DNA from: an uncultured bacterium
GTDB lineage: Bacteria; CALINM01
DNA: 49,604 nt
Direction: 5' to 3'
Assembly (NCBI GenBank): GCA_938045315.1
Contig: CALINM010000012.1
Span: 1 to 49,604, forward strand
The notes under the pieces were generated by a model. It was not told where the DNA came from. It made no database searches and worked only from the letters and a program-made list of their open reading frames with translations. Position numbers and translations under genes: made by a program. This document shows positions 36,073 through 49,383 of this stretch, piece by piece; position 1 is the stretch's first letter, and each line of letters starts with the position of its first letter.

Positions 36073-38454
36073 CTACTTCCTCTTTTTTTCTTCCTTTGCT
36101 TCCGCTATTTTTTTTAGTTCCCTTAAATTTTTCAAAATCAAATAATTAGCTGTACCTTCCTCATACTCTCCCAATTCGTTTGGCTTCCCAGCAGGAAGAC
36201 CGGTAAAAAGCTCAAGGGCCTCCTCCGCGTGTTCAATAGCGTAGATATGAAAAAGTCCTTTAGAAATTGCCTCTTGCACCTCTTCATCAAGCATAAGATG
36301 TTGTATATTTGCTTTTGGTATAACTACCCCCTGATCACCAGTAAGACCTCTTTCTTTGCAAACAGCAAAAAATCCCTCTATTTTCTCATTTACTCCGCCA
36401 ATCGGTTGAACCTCTCCATGTTGGTTTAAAGATCCAGTAACAGCTAAATTTTGCTTTAAAGGAATATTTCCTAAAGCCGATTGTAAAACAAGCACCTCCG
36501 CTACAGATGCGCTATCGCCTTCGACCATCTCATAAAGCTGTTCAAAACACAAAGTTGCATTAAAGCTGAGGGGGGTTTTGTTTCCAAATTTGCTATTTAA
36601 ATACGCTGTTATAACCATTGAGCCCTTATCATGAATTTTTCCACTTAGTTTTGCTTCCCTGTCTAAATGAACAACCCCTTCTTTTCCCACGGATACCCTT
36701 GCTGTTATTCTTGAGGGTCTTCCAAAAGAATAATCCCCTAAATCATAAACAGAAAGTCCATTTATAGTGCCTGTTTTTTCACCCTCTGTGGAAATTAAAT
36801 AAATATCTCTCATTATTGCTTCTTGTATCCTTCTCTCTATTTTATTGTGTCTTAATTTTCTTATTTCTATTGCTTTTCTAACATCTTCTCTTTCAACAAT
36901 GTTTTTTTTCTTTTTCTTTGCTACATAGTTAGATTCTCTTATTAACGTAGCTATCTCTTCTATTTTCATAGAGAGTTTTTTCTGATCACTAACAAGCCTG
37001 CCACCATATTCGATAATCCTTTGAATAGCAGAGTCATGAAAGGGAAGTAAGTTTTCCCTTTCCCTAACCTGATCCACAAAAAAGGCATATGATCTTTCTC
37101 CTTCCTCATTCCAATCCATATCTCTTTCAAAATCTGCTTTCACTTTGAAAATTTTAGGAAAATCCTCATCATAGTTATAAAGAATATAGTAAACAAAGGG
37201 GCTACCAATTAATATTAACTTTATATTCAAAGGAATCGGCTCAGGTTTAAGTGTTCCTGAAGCCATGTGATAAGCTTCTAAAGGATCTTCTATCTTAATC
37301 TCCTTATTTTTTATAGCTCTTTTCAAAATATCATAGGAAAAGGGATTTCTGAAAACATCCAGAGCATCAAGGATTAAATATCCGCCATTTGCCTTATGAA
37401 GTGCACCGGGTTTTATTAATGTGAAGTCTGTCACAGCCATACCCATCTGAAATCTATATTCCACCTTTCCCATCAAATTTGAATGGGTAGGATTCGTTTC
37501 GTAAACAATTGGTGCGCCCTTTTGTTCTGTTCTATCTATAAATACATTAACCTGATATCTTAAGAATGATGGTTCTGGTTTAAAAAATCTAAGAGCAATA
37601 TTTGTAGGAACTGGAAGCTCACTTTGCTTAAAATCATCTAAATTGTTCAGTACGTCTTCTTGAACAAGATTCAGATAATCTATTATTTTCTGGTTAAAAT
37701 TGTATTTTTCCTTCAAATCATCAATATGATAAATAATAGCCGAACCGGCTATTCTTTTTTCTAACTCAATAAGTTTTCTCTTTGTCTCCTTTTCAGCTTC
37801 CTTTACCATTTTTATAGCTTCTTTTAATCTTCCTTGAAGTACTTTTATTTTCTCCTGTATGGTTCTTTTTTCAATATCTGAAAGTTTGGAAAACTTTTCA
37901 TCATCCATAACTTCACCATCTTTCATAGGTAGAAAGACAAAACCATCGACCCCTCTTTCCAGAACAAAACCTCTTCCTCTCGCTTCTTCAGCCAGGCTTT
38001 CAAAAATCTGTCTGTCAAATTCCTGAAATTTCTCTATTAATTGATTTTTCTCATTTTCATATTCCTTTGATTCAAAGATTTTGGGTATATCCTTCCTTAA
38101 ATGTTCTATAAGTTCTCTCATATCCTTTGCAAATGCTGACCCCTTTCCTGGTGGGAATTGTAGGTACATGGGCTTATCAGGGTCTTTAAAGTTATAAACG
38201 TATACATAATCATCTGGCGTAGTTTCGCTTAATGCTTTTTCCTTTGCAAGAGTTATTATAAGTTCATGTTTTCCAAGTCCAGGTTCTCCAAGGGCAAATA
38301 TATTATATCCATCAGACCTTATGTCAAAGCCAAATTGCAGGGAATCGGAAGCTGTCCTCTGAGTTTGTTGATATACGCTGTTATCTAAATTATAATTACT
38401 TTTTTTAAATTTGGATATTCTAACTATCTCTTCATAACTCAACTTTTTAATCAT
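36073..38454 (-). CDS. Lon-like protease, LonC type (peptidase S16)
   Basis: GYNIF..G.PG.GK, PDDYVYV.NF, GALHKANGGYL, EGDSAS (catalytic Ser), GGVNEKIEGF (catalytic Lys). Confidence 0.92.
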   Translation of the reverse strand: MIKKLSYEEIVRISKFKKSNYNLDNSVYQQTQRTASDSLQFGFDIRSDGYNIFALGEPGLGKHELIITLAKEKALSETTPDDYVYVYNFKDPDKPMYLQFPPGKGSAFAKDMRELIEHLRKDIPKIFESKEYENEKNQLIEKFQEFDRQIFESLAEEARGRGFVLERGVDGFVFLPMKDGEVMDDEKFSKLSDIEKRTIQEKIKVLQGRLKEAIKMVKEAEKETKRKLIELEKRIAGSAIIYHIDDLKEKYNFNQKIIDYLNLVQEDVLNNLDDFKQSELPVPTNIALRFFKPEPSFLRYQVNVFIDRTEQKGAPIVYETNPTHSNLMGKVEYRFQMGMAVTDFTLIKPGALHKANGGYLILDALDVFRNPFSYDILKRAIKNKEIKIEDPLEAYHMASGTLKPEPIPLNIKLILIGSPFVYYILYNYDEDFPKIFKVKADFERDMDWNEEGERSYAFFVDQVRERENLLPFHDSAIQRIIEYGGRLVSDQKKLSMKIEEIATLIRESNYVAKKKKKNIVEREDVRKAIEIRKLRHNKIERRIQEAIMRDIYLISTEGEKTGTINGLSVYDLGDYSFGRPSRITARVSVGKEGVVHLDREAKLSGKIHDKGSMVITAYLNSKFGNKTPLSFNATLCFEQLYEMVEGDSASVAEVLVLQSALGNIPLKQNLAVTGSLNQHGEVQPIGGVNEKIEGFFAVCKERGLTGDQGVVIPKANIQHLMLDEEVQEAISKGLFHIYAIEHAEEALELFTGLPAGKPNELGEYEEGTANYLILKNLRELKKIAEAKEEKKRK

Positions 38455-38463
38455 TAAAGCCCC

Positions 38464-41794
<3,331 letters not shown>

Positions 41795-42874
41795 CTATAT
41801 TCTAATTGGCATAACTAATGCTTTATATTTGTTATCCCCTGTTATTATAGTCGCTGTCTGAGAATCTTTAAATGCCATCTCTATAGTGTCACTATCAACA
41901 TTTTTTATTGCATCAAGCAGAAATTCCCCATTAAAACCAATTGTGAGCTTTTCTCCCTCATATCTTGTTTCTATTTCGTCTTCAGCTTCTCCCACTTCAC
42001 TGTTTGTGGTACTCATTTTAATTCTCTTTTCGTCAATATTTAAAATTACACATCTCGTCATTTCATCTGCAATTGTTAATAACTTTTCTAATGAATTTGT
42101 TATTTCATTTTTATTAATGTAAGCTTTCATATTATTGTTTGGTATGACATCCATGTAGTTAGGGAATTTTGCTACGTTCAGTCTGGTTATAAAATTTATA
42201 TCTTCCGTTTCTAAACCTGCCATGTCATTTTCTATACATAAGTAAATGCTCTCAGAACTAGAATCTTTACATATTTTTTTTATGTCATTTATCGCTATTT
42301 TGGGGATTAGTACATTGATATCTTCTCCATCATAATCAATTTCGTTGTATGCAAGTTTATATCCATCGGATGCAACAAATCTTAGTTTTTTATCTATAGT
42401 GTGAATATAAATGCCATATAGACTTAGTCTTGAATCATCATTATGTACTGCATATTCAACCTTTTCTATTGACTTTTGTAGTTCATCTTTTTTTAATGTT
42501 ATTTTTTTAGATAATTCAAGGGTTTTTATTTTTGGAAAGTCTTCTGGTAATTGTGTAAATAGTTTAAAAAGAGATTTTCCCGATTTTATTTTAAGGTAAT
42601 TGTCCTCTAATTTTAGTTCTATTTTGTCTTCGCCAATAAGTTTTACAATTTCGTAAAATTTCTTGGCAGGTATGCATGTTGCACCTTCTTCTATTGTTTG
42701 AGTTTCTATGGAACCGATTATTGACTTTTCCAGGTTAGTTGCTTTTATGTATGTTTTTTCTTTCGCCTCAATCAAGATTGTATTTAGTATTGGCATTGTT
42801 GTTCTTTTTTCTATTATTCCTTGTACGGCTTCAAGAATTTTTTTAACTTTTTCTTTTTCTACTACTAAATTCAT
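41795..42874 (-). CDS. dnaN: DNA polymerase III beta clamp
   Basis: TMPIL, ATNLE, VASDG.KL, FPNY..VIP, IGFN..FL.D, C-terminal MPIRI. Confidence 0.96.
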   Translation of the reverse strand: MNLVVEKEKVKKILEAVQGIIEKRTTMPILNTILIEAKEKTYIKATNLEKSIIGSIETQTIEEGATCIPAKKFYEIVKLIGEDKIELKLEDNYLKIKSGKSLFKLFTQLPEDFPKIKTLELSKKITLKKDELQKSIEKVEYAVHNDDSRLSLYGIYIHTIDKKLRFVASDGYKLAYNEIDYDGEDINVLIPKIAINDIKKICKDSSSESIYLCIENDMAGLETEDINFITRLNVAKFPNYMDVIPNNNMKAYINKNEITNSLEKLLTIADEMTRCVILNIDEKRIKMSTTNSEVGEAEDEIETRYEGEKLTIGFNGEFLLDAIKNVDSDTIEMAFKDSQTATIITGDNKYKALVMPIRI

Positions 42875-42884
42875 TTATATCTCC

Positions 42885-43008
42885 TTATAAAGTATTAGTA
42901 TTAGCAACTGTTGAAATGTTGATATAAATCAATAAGTTCTTGTTATTATTATTTTTTTTCATGTTAATAAATTGTTAATAAATTTTGTTTTATCTACATT
43001 TTTTATGT
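42885..43008. promoter_or_regulatory. oriC: Probable oriC (dnaA-dnaN intergenic): degenerate DnaA boxes plus DnaA-trios
   Basis: Box-like 9-mers TGTTGAAAT (42909), TGTTGATAT (42917), TGTTAATAA (42962, 42973) and TTATCTACA (42990). Trio-like AGTATTAGTATTAG (42891-42904) next to the dnaN-proximal box. Confidence 0.75.
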
Positions 43009-44304
43009 TCATCTGTTTTTTGTCAACATTTTTTCAATATTGTCTATGTGTTTTTTTATATTATCTTCTGTTTCTATTAGTTTTTTTATTTTATTTATTG
43101 AGTGTATAACTGTGGAATGATCTTTTCCTCCGAATTTATTTCCAATGTCGTTTAAAGAAAGTTGTGTATATTTTCTTGACAGGTAAATTGCTATTTGTCT
43201 GGGTATTGATATAGTTTTTAGCTTTTTTTGGGATTTTAGATCAGTTAATTTTATTTGAAAGTATTCTGACACTGTTTTTTGTATTTGTTCTACTGTGAGT
43301 GTATTTTCTTCTTCGGGAATGAAGTCTTTTGGTATTTCTTTAGCTAAGCTAAGGTCTAAAATTTTTTTAGTTAATGAAGAGTAAGCGAGTAGTTTGATTA
43401 ATGCACCTTCCATTTCTCTTATATTTGAGCAGATATGGGTTGCGATAAATTCTGCAATTTCATCGGGCAGGTCAATATTATGGTAAGAAGCTTTGTTTTT
43501 TAGTATAGCTATTCTTGTTTCATATTCTGGTGGTTGGATATCTACTGTAAGTCCCCATTCAAATCTGTTTTTTAACCTGTCTTCAATATTTTGTAATTGT
43601 TTAGGAAATTTATCGCTAGTAATTACGATTTGTTTTTTTGATTCATAAAGGGAGTTAAATGTGTTAAAGAATTCTTCTTGTGTTGCCGTTTTTCCAGAGA
43701 TAAACTGTATGTCGTCGATGAGTAATAAGTCTACTGTTCTGAATTTCTCTCTAAACTCATGCATTTTTTCAAATCTAATTGAAGAGATTAGTTCGTTCAT
43801 AAATCTTTCTGAACTATAGTAAACAACTTTTTTATCGGGGTATTTTCTGTAAACTTCATGGCCTATAGCCATAATAAGATGTGTTTTTCCCAGCCCAACA
43901 TTACTGTAGATTAAAAGTGGATTGTACAAACCACCTAAGTTATCAACAACAGCTTTTGCTGCAGCATATGCAAATTCGTTAGATTTGCCTTTTATGAAGT
44001 TTTCGAATGTATATCGTTGTATTAGGTCGGGGTGGAGTCTTTCTGAAGGAGATATGAGTATTTTTTTGCTTTTTGAAACAGTTAAATATACCTGAATTTC
44101 TTTATCTAATAAAGAAATAATAATGTTTTTGATCTGTTCAAAGTAATTTTCTTCAAGCCAATCTCTAAAAAATTGGTTAGGGGTTATAACTTGGCAAGAG
44201 TTATCAGTAATTTCTATAGATACTGGTTTTATCCATGTTTCATAAACTTGATCGTCAAAAAGTATTTTTGCTTTTTCATAGAATCTTTTCCTGAGATCTT
44301 CCAT
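43009..44304 (-). CDS. dnaA: Chromosomal replication initiator DnaA
   Basis: YTFENF, YNPL.IY..VGLGKTHL, LLIDDIQF, RQIAIYL, FGGKDHSTV. ATG at 44304 preferred over TTG at 44322. Confidence 0.98.
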   Translation of the reverse strand: MEDLRKRFYEKAKILFDDQVYETWIKPVSIEITDNSCQVITPNQFFRDWLEENYFEQIKNIIISLLDKEIQVYLTVSKSKKILISPSERLHPDLIQRYTFENFIKGKSNEFAYAAAKAVVDNLGGLYNPLLIYSNVGLGKTHLIMAIGHEVYRKYPDKKVVYYSSERFMNELISSIRFEKMHEFREKFRTVDLLLIDDIQFISGKTATQEEFFNTFNSLYESKKQIVITSDKFPKQLQNIEDRLKNRFEWGLTVDIQPPEYETRIAILKNKASYHNIDLPDEIAEFIATHICSNIREMEGALIKLLAYSSLTKKILDLSLAKEIPKDFIPEEENTLTVEQIQKTVSEYFQIKLTDLKSQKKLKTISIPRQIAIYLSRKYTQLSLNDIGNKFGGKDHSTVIHSINKIKKLIETEDNIKKHIDNIEKMLTKNR

Positions 44305-44312
44305 GTTAAAGT

Positions 44313-44341
44313 AATTTATCAAATACGGAGCTCATTTGCAA
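44313..44341 (-). promoter_or_regulatory. Sigma70-type promoter of dnaA
   Basis: TTGCAA - 17 nt - TAAATT, with an extended TG; 8 nt upstream of the ATG. Confidence 0.5.
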
Positions 44342-44442
44342 GTTTATAAATTTTTTTTAGAAATAATTATTTATTGACTTTTTTAGAAAAAATTACAAGA
44401 ATAATATGTTCATGTTCTGTAAATTTTGAGGAGGAAACTAAT

Positions 44443-44592
44443 ATGAAAAGGACATATCAGCCTTCAAAGATTAAAAGAAAGAGAACACATGGATTTTTAG
44501 AAAGATCAAGTACAAAGGGCGGTCAGAAGGTATTAAAAAATAGAAGAAAAAAAGGAAGATGGCAACTTGTTCCGCAAGTCTCGGGTAAATAA
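44443..44592 (+). CDS. rpmH: 50S ribosomal protein L34
   Basis: [27 protein letters not shown]; GAGGAGG SD. Confidence 0.97.
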   Translation: MKRTYQPSKIKRKRTHGFLERSSTKGGQKVLKNRRKKGRWQLVPQVSGK

Positions 44593-44595
44593 AAT

Positions 44596-44895
44596 GTGCT
44601 AACAATAAAAAGTAATAAGAGGATTATTCGTATTTTACGAGAGGGAAGGGTTTACGAAACTGCTTTATTTAAGATACATTATCTTGCGAACGAATCTGGT
44701 GAATCGGGATTTGTTATTACTGTTTCTAAAAAATTAGGAAACGCAGTTAAAAGAAATTATGTTAAAAGGATAGTGAAAAATATAATTAGACATAAAAATC
44801 TAAATTATGATTTAATTATTAGACCGAAATTTTTAGAAATGAATTATAAGCAGGCTAAAGAAGATTTGGAGAATTTCTGGAGTTTATTAGATTGA
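44596..44895 (+). CDS. rnpA: Ribonuclease P protein component
   Basis: TVSKKLGNAVKRN..KR motif; rpmH synteny. Confidence 0.9.
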   Translation: MLTIKSNKRIIRILREGRVYETALFKIHYLANESGESGFVITVSKKLGNAVKRNYVKRIVKNIIRHKNLNYDLIIRPKFLEMNYKQAKEDLENFWSLLD

Positions 44896-45116
44896 TTAAC
44901 AAAATTGCCATATTTATTATTAAGGTTTATAAAGTATTTATAAGTCCCCTTTTAGGAAACAACTGTAAATTTTACCCTTCCTGCTCAGAGTATGCCATAG
45001 AAGCTTTCTCAGAATATAATTTTACAAAATCTATTTTCTTTATTACAAAAAGGATACTTCGTTGTAATCCCTGGTCTAAAGGTGGATATGACCCTCTAAA
45101 AGTTAAGGAGAATTAA
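44892..45116 (+). CDS. yidD: Membrane protein insertion efficiency factor YidD
   Basis: ISP.....C.FYPSCSEY, RILRCNPW..GG.DP. Confidence 0.95.
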   Translation: MINKIAIFIIKVYKVFISPLLGNNCKFYPSCSEYAIEAFSEYNFTKSIFFITKRILRCNPWSKGGYDPLKVKEN

Positions 45117-46658
45117 ATGGAAAAGAGGCAAATTGCTTTTATTGTAATTTCCATATTATTTTTAATATTCTGGGATTATTTTTATGTAAGAAAACAAATG
45201 GTTAGCAATAAAAGTTTTGAAGCCCTGACATCTAAAAAAACTGAATTAAAAGAGGTAAACATTTCAAATAAGCAACAATTTGTCATAGAGCCTCCATTTT
45301 CTACACTTACTGTGAAAAGCTTTGATACTGATCTTTATCATGTTGTATTAGCTCAGGAGAGTGGTTCCTTTAAAAGAATAGATTTAAAAAAATTTAAAAA
45401 AGCACTGAGTGTGGACCAACCCGTTGACATATTAAGAGAAGGAAGAATCGAAATTTATGACCTTATTGAAATTAACGGCAAACTTATTAGAATAACATAT
45501 ACTAGCTCTGATTATAAAGATTTACAGAATGTAATTTTGTTTAATCTTTATGGTAAGATTGAAAATTTAGAAGTTGTCAAAACAATTACACTTTTTAAAA
45601 ATGAATATGGTGGGAAGATAAAGCATTATATTAAAAATAATAATGGAAATTTAGATATCAATCTATATACAGTAATGTCTCACTCCGGAACTGTATTTGA
45701 TACATCTGTTGAGGCAAATCCACAACCTGCCATTTTCTATAATACCACATTTGACATGCCATCAGAAAGAAGTTTGAAAAAGGGTTATATTAGAGAAAAT
45801 GTTTTATATGCTGGTTATGCTGAAAAATATTTTGGTATATTTATTGTGGATGAAAATAAGAAAATTAAGATATATTCAAGGATTGAAAATGGTAAAACAG
45901 AATTAAAAATTAATATTCTTCATGCATCCTTGGGGGAGAACAGTATTATAGAAAGGGAAGTAAAATATTATGCAGGACCTAAAGAAGAGAGGTCTCTTGA
46001 AAAGATTAATAATAAATTAGTTGCAAGTATTGATTATGGATGGTTTCACTTTATTTCAAAACCTCTTCTTGTAATAATGAACTTCTTTTATAAATTCACT
46101 AAAAACTATGGTATTAGCATAATTTTATTGACAATTCTTATTAAAATAATATTTTTCCCTCTAAGTCATAAAAGTTATAAATCGATGAAGGAGATGCAGA
46201 AACTACAACCGAAGGTGGAGGAACTAAGAAAAAAATTTGCTAATAATAGAGAAGCTTTTAATAGGGAGATGATGCTATTATATAGAAGACATGGGGTTAA
46301 TCCTGTAAGTGGGTGTTTACCCATTCTTGTGCAAATACCATTTTTTATAGCCCTTTATCAAGCCCTAATGTATGCAATAGAGCTGAGACATGCTCCATTT
46401 TTTGGTTGGATAAAAGATCTCTCAAGTTACGATCCCTATTATATTACACCTATTTTAATGGGAATAACTATGCTTATTCAGCAGGTAATAACTCCTTCTT
46501 CAGGAGATCCAACTCAGAAGAAAATTATGTATATTTTACCTGTTGTTTTTACCTTCATGTTTTTGAATTTCCCTTCTGGTCTTGTATTATACTGGCTTGT
46601 AAATAATATATTCTCTATTTTACAGCAGGTTTACACTTTAAAAACACAAAAGGCATGA
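45117..46658 (+). CDS. yidC: Membrane protein insertase YidC
   Basis: YAGPK, IDYGWF, NYG.SII.LT, GCLPILVQIP, WIKDLS, PSGLVLYW. Confidence 0.96.
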   Translation: MEKRQIAFIVISILFLIFWDYFYVRKQMVSNKSFEALTSKKTELKEVNISNKQQFVIEPPFSTLTVKSFDTDLYHVVLAQESGSFKRIDLKKFKKALSVDQPVDILREGRIEIYDLIEINGKLIRITYTSSDYKDLQNVILFNLYGKIENLEVVKTITLFKNEYGGKIKHYIKNNNGNLDINLYTVMSHSGTVFDTSVEANPQPAIFYNTTFDMPSERSLKKGYIRENVLYAGYAEKYFGIFIVDENKKIKIYSRIENGKTELKINILHASLGENSIIEREVKYYAGPKEERSLEKINNKLVASIDYGWFHFISKPLLVIMNFFYKFTKNYGISIILLTILIKIIFFPLSHKSYKSMKEMQKLQPKVEELRKKFANNREAFNREMMLLYRRHGVNPVSGCLPILVQIPFFIALYQALMYAIELRHAPFFGWIKDLSSYDPYYITPILMGITMLIQQVITPSSGDPTQKKIMYILPVVFTFMFLNFPSGLVLYWLVNNIFSILQQVYTLKTQKA

Positions 46659-48034
46659 GCAACAATTTAGACACGATTGTAGCCATATCCACACCACCGG
46701 GGTATAGTGGTGTTTCGGTTATAAGACTTTCAGGTAAAGAGGCTCCTGATTTAGCAAAAAAACATTTTAAGCTACCAAAGGGTAATAAATTATTAGAAAT
46801 AATACCTAGAAAGGTTTACTACGGATATTTCATAGATCAAAATGAAGAGGCAATAGATGAATGTTTGATGTTTTATATGAAGTCACCAAACAGTTATACA
46901 GGTGAGGATGTCGTTGAATTTCAATGCCACGGTGGTATTATTATACCTCTTAAAATAGTTGAAGAATTACTTAAAAATAGAGGATTAGTTAGATATGCAG
47001 AACCTGGAGAGTTTACATACAGGGCTTTTCTTAACGGTAAAAAGGATTTAATTCAGGCAGAGGCTGTGGAAAGTATAGTTCATTCAAAAAATACTTTTCA
47101 TCAAAAAAGTGCACTGAAACAATTATCAGGCTTTCTGGGAAAAGCCTTAAAAGATTATTTTAGCTTTTTTGAAGAAAAAAAAATTTTTTTAGAAGCGGCT
47201 ATAAATTTTCCTGAGGAGGTGGGAGATAATTTTGTAAGCATTGATGATAAATTGAGAGAATTTTATTTTTTTATTGAAGAATTAATCCAGTCTTATAGGG
47301 AAATAGAACCTTATGTTATGGGCATAAAAGCAATTATTATTGGAAAACCAAATGTGGGTAAGTCAAGTTTTATGAATCTTTTGCTAAACAATGAAAGAGT
47401 GATCGTAAGTCCCTATCCTGGAACGACAAGGGATATCATAGAAGAGGAGATAATATTAGAAGGAATGCCATTAAGAATTATTGATACTGCAGGCATTAGA
47501 TTTACTGATGATCCAGTGGAAAGTATTGGGATAGAAAAAACAAAAGAAAAACTTTTAGAAGCCCATATAATTTTTTCTATTTTTGATGCATCAGAGCCTC
47601 CTTCAAAGGAAGATATGAACATTATTGATATTATCAAAAATAAACGAAATGTTTTTGTCATTTTGAACAAAATTGACAAGGGAATAAACGGGGATATAGT
47701 AAAGTTATTCGAGGGATTAAACGTAAAAGTAACAAAAATGTCAATTTTAAAAAGGCAAGGATTCGAAGAGTTTAAAAAGATTTTTAAGGATTCCCTAATT
47801 GAGCTATATTCTTTTAGAGAAGATAAGGATTTTTACGTGACTTCTCCAAGACATTATGAAATTTTTCTAAACATGAAAGAGATTCTAATAACAATAATGG
47901 ATAGAAAGCCTCATCAAGAAGAACTACTTTTTGCATTAACTGATTTAATTTCTTTATATGATAAACTTATTGGAAGAAACATCTCTGAGGATGATATCAA
48001 TCAGATTTTTAGTCGCTTCTGCATAGGTAAATGA
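46655..48034 (+). CDS. mnmE: tRNA modification GTPase MnmE (TrmE)
   Basis: DTIVAISTP, SYTGEDVVE..CHG, GKPNVGKSS, DTAG, NKID, FCIGK. Confidence 0.97.
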   Translation: MSNNLDTIVAISTPPGYSGVSVIRLSGKEAPDLAKKHFKLPKGNKLLEIIPRKVYYGYFIDQNEEAIDECLMFYMKSPNSYTGEDVVEFQCHGGIIIPLKIVEELLKNRGLVRYAEPGEFTYRAFLNGKKDLIQAEAVESIVHSKNTFHQKSALKQLSGFLGKALKDYFSFFEEKKIFLEAAINFPEEVGDNFVSIDDKLREFYFFIEELIQSYREIEPYVMGIKAIIIGKPNVGKSSFMNLLLNNERVIVSPYPGTTRDIIEEEIILEGMPLRIIDTAGIRFTDDPVESIGIEKTKEKLLEAHIIFSIFDASEPPSKEDMNIIDIIKNKRNVFVILNKIDKGINGDIVKLFEGLNVKVTKMSILKRQGFEEFKKIFKDSLIELYSFREDKDFYVTSPRHYEIFLNMKEILITIMDRKPHQEELLFALTDLISLYDKLIGRNISEDDINQIFSRFCIGK

Positions 48035-48612
48035 TGTTTCACATGAAACAACTTCCCGATAAAACATTGGATTTACTTAATTCTTATATAGAAATTATAA
48101 TGAAGTGGAATGAAAAAATTAACTTAACTTCCTATACAAGAGAAGAGTTAATAGCTATAGGGATAACCGATGCTTATATTTTAAGTGAATTATTAAAACA
48201 TTTGGGTATTAAAGAAATTCTCGATGTAGGTACTGGTTATGGAATGCCTGGTATGTTTATTAAGATATTAAATCCCCAAATTAAAGTCTCTCTTCTTGAC
48301 GGAAGTGAAAAAAAGGTTGCTTTTTTAGAGTATGTGAGTAAAATTTTACACATGCCCACGACAATATATTTTAAGCATCTTCCAGACAAGCATTGGAATA
48401 AAAAATTTGACTGTATAGTTAGTAAAGCTGCGATGAAGGAAAGCAGGCTAATTTCATTAACAAAAGTATTATTAAATAAACAGGGAAAACTAATTTACTT
48501 TTCAAACCAAAAACCTGCTATAGGCGGCGATTTACCTGTATTTGGAGCTATATTTTACAGAAGAAAAATTGGTAATAGTTATATTATCATTCGTGAAAAA
48601 CATGGGGATTAA
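48031..48612 (+). CDS. rsmG: 16S rRNA m7G527 methyltransferase RsmG (GidB)
   Basis: KWNEKINLT, LDVGTG.G.PG, LD...KK..FL, FD.IVS.A. Confidence 0.9.
   Translation: MMFHMKQLPDKTLDLLNSYIEIIMKWNEKINLTSYTREELIAIGITDAYILSELLKHLGIKEILDVGTGYGMPGMFIKILNPQIKVSLLDGSEKKVAFLEYVSKILHMPTTIYFKHLPDKHWNKKFDCIVSKAAMKESRLISLTKVLLNKQGKLIYFSNQKPAIGGDLPVFGAIFYRRKIGNSYIIIREKHGD
48035..48050. promoter_or_regulatory. parS: parS centromere site
   Basis: TGTTTCACATGAAACA, 15/16 match to the consensus TGTTTCACGTGAAACA; close to parAB. Confidence 0.85.
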
Positions 48613-48615
48613 AAA

Positions 48616-49383
48616 ATGCATGTCATAGCTGTAACTAATCAGAAGGGCGGAGTAGGTAAAACTACAACAGCAATAAACCTATCCTCTGGAATTGCTCTCA
48701 GGGGAAAAAAAACATTGTTAATTGATATTGATCCACAGGGTAATGCGACAAGTGGTCTTGGTATAGATACAAGAAAGCTCGAGAGAACAGTATACAATGT
48801 TTTATTAAACCCAGAACAAATAAATGATACAATATTGAATACATCAATAGACAATTTGTATATATTACCTTCCAATGCAGATCTTGTGGGAGCAGAAATA
48901 GAATTGGTAACAGTAGAAAAAAGAGAGTTTAGATTAAAGAATGCAATAAATCATTTAATGAATTTTGACTACATAATAATCGACTGTCCCCCTTCACTTG
49001 GAATTTTAACATTAAATGCGATTGTTGCATCTAAAAGCTTACTTGTGCCCATGCAGAGCGAATATTATTCTCTTGAGGGTTTAAGCAGGCTACTTAAAAC
49101 AATTAAAATGGTAAAGAAGGAACTAAATCCCTCAATTGAAATTATAGGGATAGTTCTTACAATGTACGATAGTAGAAACAATTTAGCTAAGTGTGTGTTT
49201 GAAGAGATTAAGAATCATTTTGGTGAAAAGTTATTTAATACAATAATTCCCAGAAATGTAAAACTATCAGAAGCACCAAGTCATGGTCAACCAATATTTA
49301 CCTTTGAGCCAAACTCGCGAGGAAGTATAAGTTATCAGCTTTTCGTTAATGAGTTTCTGGAAAGGAGTAAACATTATGAGTAA
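48616..49383 (+). CDS. parA: Chromosome partitioning ATPase ParA/Soj
   Basis: NQKGGVGKTTT, DIDPQGNAT, IDCPPSLG, IPRNVKLSEAPSHG. Confidence 0.97.
   Translation: MHVIAVTNQKGGVGKTTTAINLSSGIALRGKKTLLIDIDPQGNATSGLGIDTRKLERTVYNVLLNPEQINDTILNTSIDNLYILPSNADLVGAEIELVTVEKREFRLKNAINHLMNFDYIIIDCPPSLGILTLNAIVASKSLLVPMQSEYYSLEGLSRLLKTIKMVKKELNPSIEIIGIVLTMYDSRNNLAKCVFEEIKNHFGEKLFNTIIPRNVKLSEAPSHGQPIFTFEPNSRGSISYQLFVNEFLERSKHYE

Noticed and set aside
44374-44442. N-terminal extension of L34 from TTG 44374
   Set aside because: The conserved MKRTYQP start with a GAGGAGG SD is at 44443; the TTG belongs to a -35-like TTGACT.
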